In this document: one piece after another, positions 28,800-42,709 of the stretch
Layout: every line of letters begins with the position of its first letter
Position numbering within the stretch: position 1 is the first letter of the stretch
Assembly: GCA_038496445.1 (NCBI GenBank)
Contig: JALMLS010000093.1
Span: 861,710 to 925,709, forward strand
DNA length: 64,000 bases
Direction: 5' to 3'
DNA from: Trichosphaerium sp. ATCC 40318
Lineage: Eukaryota > Protista > Tubulinea
Program-made: the position numbers and the translations under genes
Notes under the pieces: model-generated
Told to the model about the DNA's origin: nothing
The model's input: the letters and a program-made list of their open reading frames with translations, nothing else
Databases searched by the model: none

Positions 28800-31700
28800 T
28801 TAATTTGGTATGGCATAATGGTGGTAGTTTATCAGCCGTATGCCATCTTCTGGTGTTGTATACATTTGTGCCAATTTGTAAACACTTTTTAGCTCCACAC
28901 ATGCCATTTCATTGGCAGGTTCTATCCTATTAAAACAATGAGAACAGTTTCACATTGGATAAATCCCGTACATAACAAACTCAGTTTCAGCATCATAGCG
29001 GTATTCCAAATTAGAAATGCGATAATAGCTGGTCTATGTTAGTGTATTCTTTGAAATGACAAAAAAAAAAAGAGGACGCACTCTCCAAAAATTAAGACCA
29101 TTTCAGGTCGATGTAAACTACGATATATTCTTTTGGTTGTAATGTAAATACAATTTTTTGGTCTCTTGTTGGTACGTTCTCCAAGTTTTAAACAATGTCT
29201 TCTGATACATTGACAATTTAATTGTCCCATCAGCCGATGTCGCCGAATTGTACATTGTAAACGGGCCATTTTTTATATAATCCACCAACAAAGGAAAGGT
29301 ATGCTCTATTGCAACCTTTTCACTGAGGTTTAAATATCGTCTGTTGCACTTGTTGTTGCCTAACTCCATAATGTAAATGTTGGAAAAAAAAAACATGCCA
29401 AAGTTACTTACGCAAAGTCCATGTCATCTGTGGCCTATAATAAAATGCAGGAGTTATGACACTACAAGCAGGAGTTCGTTGTTTTTTGACAACCACAGTT
29501 TTACACACTTCATCAAACTTGCCAGAATAAGAAATCATCAACCATGGGATTTCTTTACTGGCAATGTCACTAAATTTGTTAAACCAGTTAAGTTATTTTA
29601 TCAATAACAGCGTACACTATTTTATTGTGATTTTTTGAAGAGTGCTTCCAACTCTTAATGGTTGCGTGCTTAGATTCACAGGCATAAGTGCTTAATAGTA
29701 GTAAGTTAAATAAAAAAGTGACAAAAAAAATTGCCTGAAATGTTTAAATACGCCAAACTTCTTGACCATGTACTCATAGTGATAAGGTACATGAAAATTG
29801 ATTGTATCAGTGTTTAAGCCTATTTAATACACCTTTTGTAAATAAAGTATTGGAAATACAGACCGTGCCTGGAAAGTTGTTTTTTATAGCTTTCAATAGA
29901 TTTTTATACATTTCAGTAACTCTACATAAATGCCGTTGCTCCAAATAATCTCTTTGAGTCATCACTATAAATGCCAATAAACTTTTCCTTTAAATCATGA
30001 GCAACAAAAATAACAGCAATCAATAAGAACAAGTATAGTAGTACCACATTGACATCATTTCTTCTGACACCATTCCGCGAAACACTAGCAAAGCCATTTT
30101 TAAAAATGTTCTCATATCCGTGCCATCCCAGCTGTCTTTTACCATGCATCCTTTTTTGTTCCAAACAGCCTTCATCCTAGTAACTTTGTTACAATACTAA
30201 AACAAGAAATAAACTGGTCTCACTTTCCCAAAGATTTGTTTTGTCCTCGAATGTATTTTAATCATTTGTTGATGTTTCTCTTTATTTCCTCTGTTGTATC
30301 TTCTTGCTGTAATTGTTGTAGCGTGTGTATCAAGACTATTTTGGCTATGCCCAAAATGATGTTGTGAAAAGGACAATATGGTGAATGTAAAAAGAAGTCA
30401 AAGCGAAATGGCAACATCAAAGCGAATGGACTCTTAAAAAAATGGCAATGTTAGTCATTTTCCTACTACTACAACAATTACCACTTACTAGTTTTTTTAC
30501 GCCATAGCAGCTTGTGATGTGTTCATTGTAGTTGAATCTATTTAAATCATCAAGTATTTTCCAGGTGTTTCTTTGTTCTCGTTTAACATCAACTGTGTCA
30601 GTTACCATTGTAAAAGAATCTTTTGCAATCCTACAAATTCTACACGGATAGAAACATGTGGGACTTTTCATGGCTAATCAAAATGAGTGAGATAAAAGAT
30701 AAATAGAAAAAAAATAAAGTTGTTCTTACATATCAGTTTATTGGAACCAGGAGAGTCGCCGAATATCATTGTTAATCTCAAAAACACTGTAAAATACTAT
30801 GTACAATAAATATCTACAATATGAACCATTACTTGGTACCTTTTTCTCAGCCGCAATATAACATTTGATTCCAGAATAAATACGCAAAAAATCATCTACA
30901 ACATGCTTCAACAAATCCTCTTCGTGGTGACATTTTGGCAACACAGACAACATCATTTTTCCCGTTGCACTAGCACTATTTGGCATATTTGAAACAACCA
31001 TGTACAATGGTCCAAAACTGTCTTTCTTGTCATAAGTGAAGTCGTCTTTGCTTATGTATGCTTTTGAAAATGACAATAAGTACTACAAAAAATTTATTTA
31101 TTTGTACCTGGAAGCAATATATTGTTTGTTCTATCCTGTTTATACCTTTTTAAAACATCGGCAAATATGGTTTTAATATTAGAACCAGTTTCAGGACCTC
31201 TATAAACTGGATGTGTTGTGGTAGCTCCATTTACAGTAACAGAAACTGTGGGAAGATCGTCAACAATACACTCTGCAATGCTGTCTCTTCCAGGAAGATG
31301 GTAAAGCGCGCGTTTTATGTGGTCTGATGGAGAATAAAAAGGAACCTTGGTGTTGGAGAGCATATCTCCATTATCACTTTTTTTTGAAACTAGGATTTCT
31401 TTTGTCGGTTTAAAAGACAATAAAAACTACATTACTAGTCAGGTTACATGGGTAATAATTCTGTTGCTTGCCTTTTCTTTAACATGTTTGAACAGCGTAT
31501 CTATGCAACATGAAATTATATCTAAAATAAAGGTTAAAAGACGGACAAAAAGCTTCAAATATCAATACCCTGATGTTTCACTCCAAAAAGCATCAATGAG
31601 GTGTTAAACAGCGTCAAAATTTTTTGGCAAAGCACTTTAGAAAGCTTGTGTTCCATTTTTAGAGCTAATAATAGATACCCAAACTTTTCTGCTGGAGTAG

Positions 31701-32263
31701 CAGTTGATAAAGACGCTTTTGGTTTAAAAGCGGGAGGACTTTTGTTCTCATCAAATGCTATACATTGCATTAGTGAATGAAATTTATTTGATATTAACTT
31801 CTTACCGTCGGAGTCATTTAAAGCGTTGTTTGTGAGCCAAGGTTCAAGGATGCCATCTCTAATATCTGCATCATAATTGTCTTCAAAGTCAATGTGGGTG
31901 TAGCTATCGCCACTGCTTATACTGCTAAAATCCGCAATCTGAGTTATCACCGGCTTCGTCGTAACTATCTCCGTCATCTTCAATGTTAAAATGAACTCCT
32001 GACTTTACAATATCATTTAAATGAATGTCTCCATCTAAATCATCATCAATTGGCATGTTTTGGTTTAATAGATCAGACATTTCTTAAAAAGAGATGAATT
32101 TAGCTGTGAATATAGATTTAAAATGACATCTCATACCTCTATTTGCCATTGCGGCCATATGTTTCGAAGTATTAACATGTTGATAATAAAAGTACTGTTG
32201 ATTGTAGTGTTTGTGGCATATATTGCAATAATCTGAGTCAGCCACAGCACTGTTTGAGGCCAT
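28800..32263 (-). CDS. Spliced DDE transposase, CMC/Plavaka-like, N-terminal C2H2 zinc finger (apparent frameshifts at ~31930 and ~29155)
   Basis: CNICHKH...QHVNTSKH; YISKDDFTY (D1); IFGDSPG (D2); YPCRIC; CPFHNIILG; HVPYHYEYMVKKFG; YACESKH (E). Confidence 0.8.
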
Positions 32264-32366
32264 GTTAGTTAAAATTGTATTATCACTTCGTGATTAAGTC
32301 AGAATGTTTGTGCAAATAAAATTAAAACAACTGATGAATTGATGGCAGTTTATTGCTTTACCTATA

Positions 32367-35300
32367 TCAAAAAAAGTTAACTTCATCATAAGCAAAGGAA
32401 GAGTAACAAAATTCGTACATTATTTTTTCATTAAAATTTGACAAGTACTCTTCTTTTAATTTTGTGTAACTATCTTCTCTTGCGACAATTGCTCTATCAC
32501 TTTCTTTCATTTGTTTTGCCGTTAATGGAGGAATCAATTTGTGTCTGTTGCAACAAGCACAGTTTGGCAAAGTGGAATTTGAAGTCCAATCAGATCTTTT
32601 CTGGCACCTAAATATAAAGTACGTTTGATTCCCGCTATAACCCCAACCATGAAGGTAAGCTTTCACAATCAAAGCTTTTTCATAATCTATTGCAATAAAG
32701 TTAACTATTGGTTTTAAAAAACGGGCTCATACCTGGTGTTGTCTTTCCTAAAAGTGATAGTGCCAAAAATAAATAAGTTGATCCTGTCCAACTGTCGGTT
32801 GGTTTTTGTTGCAATTGCAAAGACCTGTTGGCCAAGCCTACAACTTTTTTGAGTGTGACATCATCATCAGATCCTTGTATTATGAATATATTGTTGTCAA
32901 TGTACCTACAATTACCATGTCATCAACGAGGGGGCAATTTTAATGCAAGGAAAAAAAAAATAAGAAAAGAAACTCACTCTTTGTTTACTATGACGCTTTT
33001 TGTTATAACCTTCAATCCCGGCTTCAATTTTGAATGTTTACTACCATGCATACATGTGTATATAGTAGAGATGAGCTGAAGTTGTTTAAATCTAGTAAAG
33101 CTTAACTAATTAAAAAGGAAACAAATAAGGCTTTACCCATTTTTATCATATCGCAATATGTCTCCATCGTCCAACATCAAATTGTTATTGTCATCAATTT
33201 CTTTTTTTCGGGCCAAAGACAATATGCAATGCATATTTGCTTGTACTTGTGGCATGTTTAAAGGTACTTTAAGCCTATGATCCCATCTGATTGGTCTAAA
33301 AGGGCTTCTTTTCATAGTTGCCATTAACTTGTGCAATTTAAGCATTTTTGTAGCGACAACATTAGAAAACGGCTAAACACACAACTTAGCTAATCAAAAT
33401 GTGATTGTACTGGTACTGTACCTCATCATTTCTTTCCACGTGTCGTAACACAACTGTAAAATACTGTGTACGGGCTGTAGAGTAAGCAGTTTCAGGACAA
33501 CTCACTGTTACTGTATGAGGTATGCTCATTGGACTTTTAATAACAGCGCCTTCTTCATCTTCTTCTACACCGTGCAAGCCCCATACAAATTGATTTCCAC
33601 TTACATTAATTGTGTCGTCAATGAGAAGCTTTTTTGAATAATGACTTTCATTGTTCAGTGCTATAGCAGCACAGGTAAAGCCGCTTCTTTCATTCATTGC
33701 TCCTCCAGTTCCATCACAGTGTCTTTCTAGCTCAGCATCTTTCTCTGTCCACCCTTTTAAAAGGTCAAATTGACGAATTATTATTACAATATTACCTTCA
33801 GTTCAACATGCAACTTGGAGCAGTCTTTTTTATAATCCAACCCGTTCTTTAAACCACAGGCATAATGAAATGAAATCAAAGGTTCAAGCAATTGTTTGTC
33901 CTCGTCCTCTAAACGGTATGTAGTGTCACAGAAATTATTGCCTTTTGTGACTCCTGAAACTGGAGCAATCCAACCCACACATTTTTCGCCATCTTTTGTT
34001 TCTTCAAAAGAAACTGAAGAGTATGGACTGACATAATATGGAGTGTTGATATGTGTGTCAGTGTATGCTTTCAACTTGCATGTAGATTAGTAATAAGCCA
34101 ACAAAGGAATGTGACAGTCAAAAGGGGAAAAACATACCCTGTATCTTAGTTTTTTGACATGACGTTTAACAAATTGTGTTAATTTGTTGTGAATGGTGCC
34201 ATCATCCAACGCGTTCAATCCACTGAGCTGTGCATAGTACAAATACACACCTATTGGTTTTGTTGGTTCAATAGAATCTTTTTGGTCAGGTAATTTAGTC
34301 GCTCTAACTGCATCACTTGCGTAATTGTAAAATCTTCCTAAACGAGTTGCAACTTTTTCTTCATCAACAAGAGAGCTCTCCAATATTTCTTTGATCTTTT
34401 GTTGGTCTGACAATTCTCGTTGTAATTTTTGGGAGTCTATTATGATCTCGCTTGAAGTCATACCCACTTTAAAGCATCTAATAGCAGCATTTAAAGTTCT
34501 AACTGTAGGTGGCCTTCTTAATTTTGTTCCTCTATGTCCTAACTTTTGTTGTGCCACCTTATGTATAGCCACGGCACATTTATAAACATCAGAAGCTTGT
34601 AAGCTCATTGTTTTGGTAGCCTATGATGAAGTTAGCAGACAACAAAGCTAACACCATTATTTAATAAAGCACCTTTTCCAATGTTTCGTAAAATGACTCA
34701 GCTGTCGGAATTGGCGCATTTGCTCCAGAAGAAGCTCTAAGTATTGTTTTCAATCTTTTGTGTCTATGCTCAAAATGTTAAAAGGTGATAAAATCCATTG
34801 CCGCTTTGTACCTATTGTCTACTTCCAAAGATATGTCTACTTGTTGCAACCAATCCTGTAAATTGTTTTTACTTGGTTTGTATAATTCTTGAGTCACAAC
34901 GTCTGCCAATAATCCATATAACTTCTTTTCTGTTGAAACTATATCAGCTACATATTCTTTTTCTACATAATTCTGTCTTAAATGGTATTGTTAACAAAAT
35001 ATTGAAAGTAGAATTAAGCACCTATTTTTTGTTTTTTGTTTCTTCTTTTTGACATTCTAACAATTGTATTTAGTCGTGTTTTTTGTATAAAACAATTGAA
35101 GTACCATAATAAAAGCCATTTGTACTCCTCTTGTTGGCGGTCGCTTTCTTTTTTTATATTTATACAGAACTTCTCCATCATCTTCTTGGTCAATATCTGA
35201 CATTGATTCATCACTCGATGTGCCACATGATTTGCTCAATTGATCGCCAATAATTCCCTTGTACAAAATTAGCAAGAATGTATTAAAATAGTGTAATGTA

Positions 35301-35802
35301 CAGCTGTTGGTAGATTGCTATCATTGTCACTATCATTATCACTGTCAAAGCTTATGTCATCTGTATTTTCACTTACAGCATCTTTGTCAACGCCGTCTCC
35401 ATTTTCAACGCTGTCTCCGTTTTCTATGCTGTCTCTGTTTTCTATGCTGTCCCCATTTTCAATGCCGTCTCCATTTTCTATGCTGTCTCTGTTTTCTATG
35501 CTGTCTCCGTTTTCTATGCTGTCCCCATTTTCAATGCCGTCTCCATTTTCTATGCTGTCTCCGTTTTCTATGCTGTCCCCATTTTCAATGCCGTCTCCAT
35601 TTTCTACGCTGTCTCCGTTTTCTATGCCGTCTCCATTTTCTATGCTGTCTCTGTTTTCTACGCCATCTCCATTTTCTATGTCGTCTTCAACTTCACCTTC
35701 AATGTTTACTTCAACGATTGCATTATTTACAGCCTGATCTCTTTCATTGGATGGTGGAACTGTTATGAGGACAGTTCTAGATATTTGTCTTCTTTGCTGC
35801 AA
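32367..35802 (-). CDS. 2OG-Fe(II) dioxygenase-like domain fused to an SRA-like domain (element A copy; ends approximate)
   Basis: RHCDG (HxD), FVWGLHG, PHTV (distal H), FTVVLRH; then MHGSK...GLKVI...ANRSLQLQ. Collinear with 53748-56430. Confidence 0.65.
35390..35680 (-). repeat. 18-bp coding tandem repeat (IENGDS/G x ~16)
   Basis: Repeated ATAGAAAACGGAGACAGC-like unit within ORF 35269..35802. Confidence 0.9.
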
Positions 35803-36436
35803 TATCTGGGCAGCTCTACCACGTCGCCTGTTTGAAACTCTAATACCAAACTTAAATCATGTTTAAGGGGGAACTTATGTACTTTAAGGTATTACCATTG
35901 GCAGCGCATTACATTGCTGTTACACATAAAGGAGGAACTTATGACTATTAAGCCATCCACCATTGGCAGCGTAATACAGTTGTTGTATGTGAGAAATAAA
36001 CTTGTTACTTATGAGGGCAATCTAACTGTTAAGGCACTCACTTAATGCACTAATTACATTACTACTTACCATTGGCAGCGTATTTGACTACTTTAAGTTA
36101 GTTGTGAAATAGTTCACAAATTACACGTCATCATTACACAACTCTTTCTTTTTCTAAAAATCATCTCTTATTGGGGTAATCTCACTGTTAAGGCACTCAC
36201 TTAATGCACTATTTATCATTACTTACCATTGGCAGCGTATTAGAGCACTTTAAGGCAACAGCAAAGCCCATGCGAGCTGCAAATAACCTGAGTTTTCTGG
36301 GAAATCTTTGAGCTGGTATCAAAGATTTCCACCTTGTGACTACACAAAACTGGTTCTTTACTTTATGTTACAGTTTTATTATTTAGGATGTTTCACTAAG
36401 TTTCACTAATGGGGGTAATCTAAGTGTATTAAGTAA

Positions 36437-39008
36437 GGGGGCACTCTGGAGTCAAAAAAAAATTTTCTGTAAAGACACTTACATGGTGTAAAATGATGCT
36501 GCGGTTTGATCGGCGGTGGTTTCGTTTGATTCCGTTCACTCTCAAGCTCACAATTTGCAAAACAAAAATGGAAATTTTTTTTTTGATCAAAATTTTTGTC
36601 GGGAAATAAATGTTAAGTAAGGGTTTATACACTTAAATATTGTTTATTTACTATCAATGGCATCGTTTCGAGGTAAATGTGCCTCTTGTGGATCTAATAT
36701 ACGCTCTAATAAAGAAAAACGACCAATAAAACCAGAATCCATTATAAAAGATGATAAAGCTACACATATATGCCAAAACTGCAATAAAATTGTTTGTGCA
36801 GTGCTAAAGGTTAAAAAAGAACAAAAAAAATCCCTTAACTCACGAGGTCGCAAAGTATCCGCTGACTCACTAATTATTGAACGAGAAATATTCGAAAATC
36901 TTTTATTGTCAGTACCGTGTACTAAATGCGGTGATACTAACTGGAAGATACCAGATGAAAGCACTGCTACTGGTATAATATCACATTATACACTTAAGTG
37001 TCAAACATGTCGTTCTACCAAGAAGTTTGATACACACAATACAACAGAACATGAATCATCAAAAAAATTTACTGCAAATGTCAAAGCTGTAGCAGCTATA
37101 TCCCTCTCAAGACTAGAATTAAGTCAAGCAAGAGCACTCATGGGCGCTCTTGGATTGCCTGTAATTAACAAAGACTTGGGTACAAAGATTCAAAAATATG
37201 TGTGGAAAGCAACAACAGCTGTGGCTACACAAAGCATGCTATCGTGGCAAGAAAAATACAAATTATTGAAAATAGACTTGGTAGCTGATGGTGCTTGGTC
37301 ACATGTAGCTTATAACAACGCCAGACATGGAACACTATTTGTTATAGATTATAAAATACGGAAAATTATCTTTGCTGGGGTTAAAACTAAACTACAAAAC
37401 GTTTCTACTGCATCAGGCACACATACATTTGTTGGAAATTATGACGGTTCCTCCAAAGGAATGGAAGGTGCTTTGTTTAAAGATATGATAGAGGAATTAG
37501 CTCGCAATGATTTATTAAAAAACGTTTGTAGTGTATCATTAGATGGTGATGCTTCTACAAACAGTGCTTGGACTACAGATACAAGAACGCAGCTTATTCC
37601 TGTGTATAGAGATCCAGGTCATATGAAAAAAGCATTTAAAAAGCGATTGCAACTCATTTTTGGAAAATCAAAACGATACGTGACATATCCAGATCGTATA
37701 ACAACTTGGTTTATGTGTTGTATTAAAGAATCTGAAAAAAAGTATCCCAATGATATATCTGCTATGAGAAATGAGTTTTTGTTTCGTTGGGGATTTACAA
37801 TGTCTCACTATTCAGCTATCATGTGTAAAGACAAATGTCCATGTATTACAACTCATTGGAAGTCTTGCGAATCAAAATCATCTTTATTTGAAACGCATAT
37901 GGTGTCTGATGTTTGGACAGAGGTATTCAGTTATTTAGAACCACCAGATCGAGGTAGATTTAAAAAAGTTAGCTGGCACGCTAATTACATTATGTCCAAG
38001 TTTGAAAAGAAGTATTTAAACAAAAACTCAGGCAGATATTTAACAGTATATGGAGATGATCAAAAGAAAAAAAAAGCACTACAAAAAGAGGTAACAGCTA
38101 TCACCAAACAAGTAAACACATTTATTCATGGAAAAAATACTTGTTATGTTGAGTCTCTCAACAATGCTAAGCTAAAATGGGTTTCTAAACGAATCAATTA
38201 TAGAGCCAGCTTTACTTCTCGCATTCATGCTTTTGTTGTCGAACACAATGAGGGCAAGGTTGAGTTACACAAGCGTGTATTGCAGCAATTATGTCTTGCA
38301 ATTACTGATTATTCAAAACGCGAATTAGAAATATTGGATCACTCTACAAAACAAGATAAGAAACGCAAGGCCTCGGACAGTTATAAGATGCAGCAAAACG
38401 CATTAAAACGAGCTAAAAATATTAAAAAACAAAAAGAAGCTGGTATATCTAATGCAGCTGGAGACGTATATGGAGAGCAAGAAAAAACAGAAGCCATGAG
38501 TTCAGAACATGAAGTCCAAGAAATACTAACCTTAGACAATGGTGGAACAAAAGTAGATGTCACAATTATTACCTTAAAAGCATTCTTAAGGCCAAGAAAG
38601 ATTCTTATGACAGGGAAAAGGCAAGCATTAATTGATCGAGTGTTGGCAAACAAAGATGCAAAAAAAGTGTTAGAAAAAAACAAAAAATAAAATCTACAGT
38701 TTTTTGCTATAAAATTGTCAACATCTCATAGTCACCATAACTCACCATGTTCATATTTTCACAATAAGCTTTTAGTTGTATAGGGGACATATGATGAAAA
38801 GGTGGGTTCCGTACCTTTCCGTACTACAAAGTGAAAAATTTTCATCATAACAAACTCATTCATCAAGCACTGCATTCAAATGAATCTTTTATTACAGATT
38901 AAACTCGCCATTGTGAAGCCCTTCAAAAAAAAAATCAAAAAAAACAATGGCTTACAAGCATAAAAATCAGTTCCGAAATATTTGTCAAAAATTGCTCAGA
39001 GTGCCCCC
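36437..39008 (+). mobile_element. Nested Kolobok-like DNA transposon (2.57 kb)
   Basis: 12-bp perfect TIR GGGGGCACTCTG; flanks GTAA / TTAA (near-TTAA TSD); single long transposase ORF. Confidence 0.8.
36657..38690 (+). CDS. Intronless 677-aa DDE transposase (Kolobok/'Mutator-like' domain) with CxxC zinc ribbons and C-terminal SAP motif
   Basis: VADGAWSH, YDGSSKGMEG, LDGDAS, DPGHMKK, TCYVESLNN; SAP-like TLKAFLRPRKILMTGKRQALIDRV. Confidence 0.85.
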   Translation: MASFRGKCASCGSNIRSNKEKRPIKPESIIKDDKATHICQNCNKIVCAVLKVKKEQKKSLNSRGRKVSADSLIIEREIFENLLLSVPCTKCGDTNWKIPDESTATGIISHYTLKCQTCRSTKKFDTHNTTEHESSKKFTANVKAVAAISLSRLELSQARALMGALGLPVINKDLGTKIQKYVWKATTAVATQSMLSWQEKYKLLKIDLVADGAWSHVAYNNARHGTLFVIDYKIRKIIFAGVKTKLQNVSTASGTHTFVGNYDGSSKGMEGALFKDMIEELARNDLLKNVCSVSLDGDASTNSAWTTDTRTQLIPVYRDPGHMKKAFKKRLQLIFGKSKRYVTYPDRITTWFMCCIKESEKKYPNDISAMRNEFLFRWGFTMSHYSAIMCKDKCPCITTHWKSCESKSSLFETHMVSDVWTEVFSYLEPPDRGRFKKVSWHANYIMSKFEKKYLNKNSGRYLTVYGDDQKKKKALQKEVTAITKQVNTFIHGKNTCYVESLNNAKLKWVSKRINYRASFTSRIHAFVVEHNEGKVELHKRVLQQLCLAITDYSKRELEILDHSTKQDKKRKASDSYKMQQNALKRAKNIKKQKEAGISNAAGDVYGEQEKTEAMSSEHEVQEILTLDNGGTKVDVTIITLKAFLRPRKILMTGKRQALIDRVLANKDAKKVLEKNKK

Positions 39009-40320
39009 TTAAGCAAACAGCGTCAAACTTAAATGGCTTATTACACACTTTAGACACTTCCTGGTTGACATCTGATATGCCTACATTATATTAAGGAGAA
39101 TTTCGCATGAAATACACAAAAACAAACTAAATGGCTAAATAATTTTTCAAAGCGCTTCTACGCTCTCAAACTGGCCAGTTTACGCGCAATCAGACAGACA
39201 GAGATATTTTTACCAAAAGTAATGGCAATAAAAAAAAACTCAGTTTACTATTTTTTTTTGTGAGAGCCAAATTATGCCGTCACCATCTACGACCTAATTG
39301 GTGGTGATACGAGCAATATTTTGTTTTTCACTTTTTTTGGTCAAAAAACCCACAAAGCTATTAAAAAAAACAATGTCGACCAAATAAATATTTATTTTTT
39401 TGTTATAGCACCCATAGCGACTTGTTAGAGATTGTGGCATGTTTATTTAAAATTTAGGTGGCAAAATCAAAATTGTTTCTGTACCTTGTCTTACACTCTA
39501 ATTTACACATCGTATTTGCCTTCGTATTGCTAATAACATTTAGAACAAGAAAACAACAAAAATGGCCGAATTGACTTACTGCTTTTACTAAATGTGTATT
39601 TATGTATGTAACACCAACAGAGTTTAGGCTGGCATGAATTTTGTAGACTTGATATCATTTTTGGCCATTCTTTAATAGATTATGCGTATGATAGTACATT
39701 TACGCGTTAAAAGATGGTTACAAGATGTTTAGCTGTGCGAAAAACAAGAATCGCTGGACTTACAATTGAGCAAGGCTGAACAAGAAACAGCGGCTGTAAT
39801 ACAAGCGACAAGCCAAGTTGAGGGAACTGAAATTTCAGTTCTCAGCACTTCCCACTTATAGGATCCGCAATCACATGTCAAATCATGACATCGTTGGATA
39901 TACTTCCCCACGTTTCTAAATTTTAAATGGTTACCATGTAACTGACATACTCAAAATTGTTAGTGTTTGCAAGCTGCCTAACGGACGTATCTTTACCTTG
40001 GAACCCGATGGTAGTAACCAGCTTGAAAGAGAAGTATGTCGCCACACAAGGAGCCTCTTGTGCTTATTTTAATCTTTAATAATCCCTTTTTTGTAGAAAA
40101 CTATGATGGTTAATGTCCACGCATGTTTAATACCATAAAGGTCATGGTGGTGGCAAAAATCCTTATTGACGCTGATTATAACACCGCTAAAAGGCTTTAA
40201 TCACCCTCCATTGGATGGGTAAACAGAAGTAAATGGAAAGAGATGTACCAGTTGATGCAGAATTGAAGTACGACAGATTTCTTCTCACAGTTCATTAACC
40301 TGTTAATCTGTATAGCTGTC

Positions 40321-41632
40321 ATGATTGTAGCCAACAACAATGCCCCAACTACTAAAGCATCAATTACAGAGGCACCAATTACAAACGCTCAAACCACAAA
40401 TACGTCAACAACTGAAGCTTCAAAGATAGAAGCACCAACCATCAACTGAAGCGCCAACTACATAAGCTCCAACAACTACAACAGCTTTGACAATGGTGGC
40501 TCCAACTACTGAGACACCAAGTATGGAACCACCAACAATAAAAACACCAACTACGCAACTGCTTACAACACTACCAGCAATAAAACCGCCAACCATGGCG
40601 CCAACAATGAAACCACCAGCAATGAAACCACCAACAACGGCACCACCACCAACAACACCACCAACAACGTCACCACCACCAACAACACCACCACCAACAA
40701 CGTCACCACCAACAACAACAACACCACCACCACCAACAACGTCACCACTAACAACAACGTCACCACCAACAACAACGTCACCACCAACAACAACGTCACC
40801 ACCAACAACAACACCACCACCAACAACACCACCAACAACAACAACACCACCAACAACAACACCACCAACAACGTCACCACTAACAACAACGTCACCACCA
40901 ACAACAACGTCACCACCAACAACAACAACACCACCAACAACGTCACCACTAACAACAACGTCACCACCAACAACGTCACCACTAACAACAACGTCACCAC
41001 CACCAACAACACCACCAACAACAACGTCACCACCAACAACAACACCACCAACAATGTCACCACCACCAACAACACCACCAACAACACCACCAACAACAAT
41101 GTCACCACCAACAACAATGTCACCACCAACAACAACAACACCACCAACAACGTCACCACTAACAACAACGTCACCACCAACAATGTCACCACCAACAACA
41201 CCACCACCAACAACGTCACCACCAACAACGTCACCACCACCAACAACACCACCAACAACACCACCAACAACAACGTCACCACTAACAACAACGTCACCAC
41301 TAACAACAACGTCACCACCAACAACGTCACCACCAACAACGTCACCACTAACAACAACGTCACCACTAACAACAACGTCACCACCAACAACAACACCACC
41401 AACAACACCACCAACAACAACGTCACCACCAACAACAACACCACCAACAACAACACCAACAACACAGCCACCAACTACTGCTCCACTTACAACAACACCG
41501 CCAACAATGAAGCTGCCAACCATGGCACCACCAACCATGACACCACCTACAATGACTTCACCTACAAACCACAACATGTTACAAAACGCACAACAAATAG
41601 TTTTCTACAGATTTTTCCATTTTTGTTTTTAG
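40321..41632 (+). pseudogene. Thr/Pro mucin-like low-complexity exon of a decayed cargo gene in element A
   Basis: ~850 nt built from ACA/CCA/ACG-TCA codons (TTSPP repeats); frameshift and in-frame TAA upstream at ~40440-40470. Confidence 0.6.
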
Positions 41633-42709
41633 ATTTCAGACAAAATTTGACTAATATAAACCCAGATTCAATAAAAAGTTACTGATAACACAGCCATTGG
41701 AGGTACGCGACTTTTCTCAAGTTTATTGCTACTGATAAAGCTTTTTTAACAAAAATACATGTTTATTAATTTTTTTTAGCTTTATTTCATCCAAACCAGC
41801 TCATAAAGTACAATTTACGCGATCATGGCCAATTTGAACCAGAAACAAACAAATTTAATTGTAATTGACACAAGTACGTTAATAACGCCACGACATAACT
41901 AAAATATCCATAGGAGATGAATTTGAAGTCTCCAAAAGGCAATTTTATGATATCTACCGAGAAACAATCAATTGTCAGCGTTACATTGCTGACTTAGTTG
42001 AAAACACATTTTTGGTGGCCAACTATGATACCAATTTTACTTCTGAGTTTTCATCTCGGTTGTCATATTCAAACTTGACGTATGCTCTTTCACACTTTTA
42101 CACTTTTACACTTTTGCACTTTATGTTGGTTGTCACAGTAATGTCTGTAGGTACATCAATAGAAGAGAGTGCAATACCCGCTTCGGCTTTTGTTTGGATA
42201 GCTTGTTGGCATGCCATGTTTCACACCAAGCCCCATTCACCGTTGCTGGTACACAAACTGGCTTTGATATATTGCCTAGCCATTACCGCTTCACACTTGA
42301 TCAACACGCGCGAACTGTCAATGCTGTTGTTGCAGATGCTTCTTTGCTTGGCCACAAGGTATAATTTTTCACTTTTTCCTCGTTTGTTGATGGACGGCAC
42401 TGACATTTCTCTTGTTGTAGTTTTTGCTCAACTCAATGTATGTTATAATTTGCAAAAATAGCTTTGAGGATCCTCAATGTCTTCTTGATGCACTGCTTGA
42501 AACAATTTATTGTCCACAACCTTTTAGTATGTTTTAAAACACTTTGTTTTATTGACATTATTTCTACAGGTCCCTGGTATAACATAAATGAAGTGCACGT
42601 CAAACCACTTAGCTTGTCGCCTGCAATTGATGTTGTCAATGTCTTACGTACCATAATTGTTTATGCGGATTAAAATAAACGCTAAGTAAAGAACTGTAGG
42701 ACCAAGCGA

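Noticed and set aside
35307-35768. Cys-rich and SPFSML plus-strand ORFs
   Set aside because: Shadow frames of the 18-bp IENGDS repeat.
40420-41577. Minus-strand Val/Gly and Val/Leu ORFs
   Set aside because: Antisense shadows of the ACA/CCA repeat.
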